Shown: piece after piece, positions 48,678 through 49,543 of the stretch
Layout: each line of letters begins with the position of its first letter
How positions within the stretch are numbered: position 1 is the stretch's first letter
Program-made: the position numbers and the translations under genes
Assembly: GCA_030141605.1 (NCBI GenBank)
Contig: JAQGDQ010001288.1
Location: forward strand, 1-49,543
Length of the DNA stretch: 49,543 nucleotides
Origin: Tubiluchus corallicola
Taxonomy: Eukaryota > Animalia > Priapulida
Reading direction: 5' to 3'
Notes under the pieces: model-generated
Database searches by the model: none
What the model was told of the DNA's origin: nothing
The model's input: the letters and a program-made list of their open reading frames with translations, nothing else

Positions 48678-48850
48678 TGTTTAATGATCCGGTTTTGCAC
48701 GACACTCCACTCAATGGTACCCTTGATTCAGCGCACATTTATACCGATCCGGGAAAGTACGACGTAAAGCTGTGCCTGTGGAACTCTGTTTCATCCGTGT
48801 GCAAAACTCAAACCGTGGTCACTGGTGTATCTGAGTGCAACCTTCCTCAA
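48678..48850 (+). CDS. PKD1-like exon 17, PKD C-half and start of REJ-like region
   Basis: ccacag/gtgagt; HIYTDPGKYDVKLCLWNSVS...ECNLPQ; phase 1-0. Confidence 0.9.
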
Positions 48851-48974
48851 GTGAGTACCTCCATTAGGGCACGTTCAGACAGTCGCGAGGAGTTTTGTTC
48901 CTGACAACAGACTTGCAAGTGTGAACTGCTTTTGACAAAGTTTTCAAGTTTCAAGCTGTTTGTACTTCTGATAA

Positions 48975-49543
48975 TAGGTCGTCTTAGTAGTTTGAACAGA
49001 TACATAATGGGTCGTCTCAGTGGGTTGAACAGGTACATAATGGGTGGTCTCAGTAGTTTGAACAGATACATAATGGGTCGTCTCAGTGTGTTGAACAGGT
49101 ACATAATGGGTCGTTTCAGTGGGTTGAACAGATACATAATGGGTCATTTCAGTGGGTTGAACAGATACATAATGGGTCGTTTCAGTGGGTTGAACAGATA
49201 CATAATGGGTCGTCTCAGTGGGTTGAACAGATACATAATGGGTCATTTCAGTGGGTTGAACAGATACATAATGGGTCGTTTCAGTGGGTTGAACAGATAC
49301 ATAATGGGTCGTTTCAGTGGGTTGAACAGATACATAATGGGTCGTCTCAGTGGGTTGAACAGATACATAATGGGTCGTCTCAGTAGTTTGAACAGATACA
49401 TAATGGGTCGTCTCAGTGGGTTGAACAGATACATAATGGGTCATCTCAGTAGTTTGAACAGTTACATAATGGGTCGTCTCAGTGGGTTGAACAGATACAT
49501 AATGGGTCGCGTCAGTGGGTTGAACAGATACATAATGGGTCAT
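48975..49543. repeat. 36-bp minisatellite, 15+ copies, runs off the window
   Basis: tgaacagatacataatgggtcgtctcagtgggt-containing unit. Confidence 0.95.

Larger units (their letters stand above)
1787..48850 (+). other. Multi-exon polycystin-1/PKD1-like (WSC-PKD repeats-REJ start) gene, partial; 17 exons in window
   Basis: 17 exons with AG/GT boundaries join phase-compatibly into 1504 codons without a stop; WSC Cys pattern, PKD motifs (DFGDGS, DWGHDG, DLGNG, HTY..VG, H.Y..PG.Y) and terminal C-x2-P like the PKD-to-REJ junction of polycystin-1. Confidence 0.85.

Noticed and set aside
48944-49543. Thr-rich mucin-like ORF on the minus strand
   Set aside because: A 36-bp intronic minisatellite, open in more than one frame, with no supporting gene structure visible

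Overview
AT-rich, intron-rich animal genomic DNA, probably a marine invertebrate (species not determinable). A large + strand gene spans the window. I reconstructed 17 GT-AG exons (1787-48850) by hand that join in phase into 4512 nt (1504 codons) with no stop: WSC domain, many PKD repeats and the start of a REJ-like region, i.e. a polycystin-1/PKD1L/REJ-type receptor ectodomain. Its start codon was not identified and it continues beyond the right edge. Its 12.4-kb intron (30460-42892) holds two antisense paralogous genes for small secreted, probably GPI-anchored 7-Cys proteins of a family I do not recognise, plus inverted relics of their promoter/first exon. The other introns contain hAT-, Kolobok-, piggyBac-, Tigger- and PIF-like MITEs, solo LTRs, 5S- and tRNA-derived SINEs, LINE fragments and many unrelated minisatellites that tend to sit just downstream of splice donors. 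Most ORFs in the supplied track are repeat or intron artefacts.
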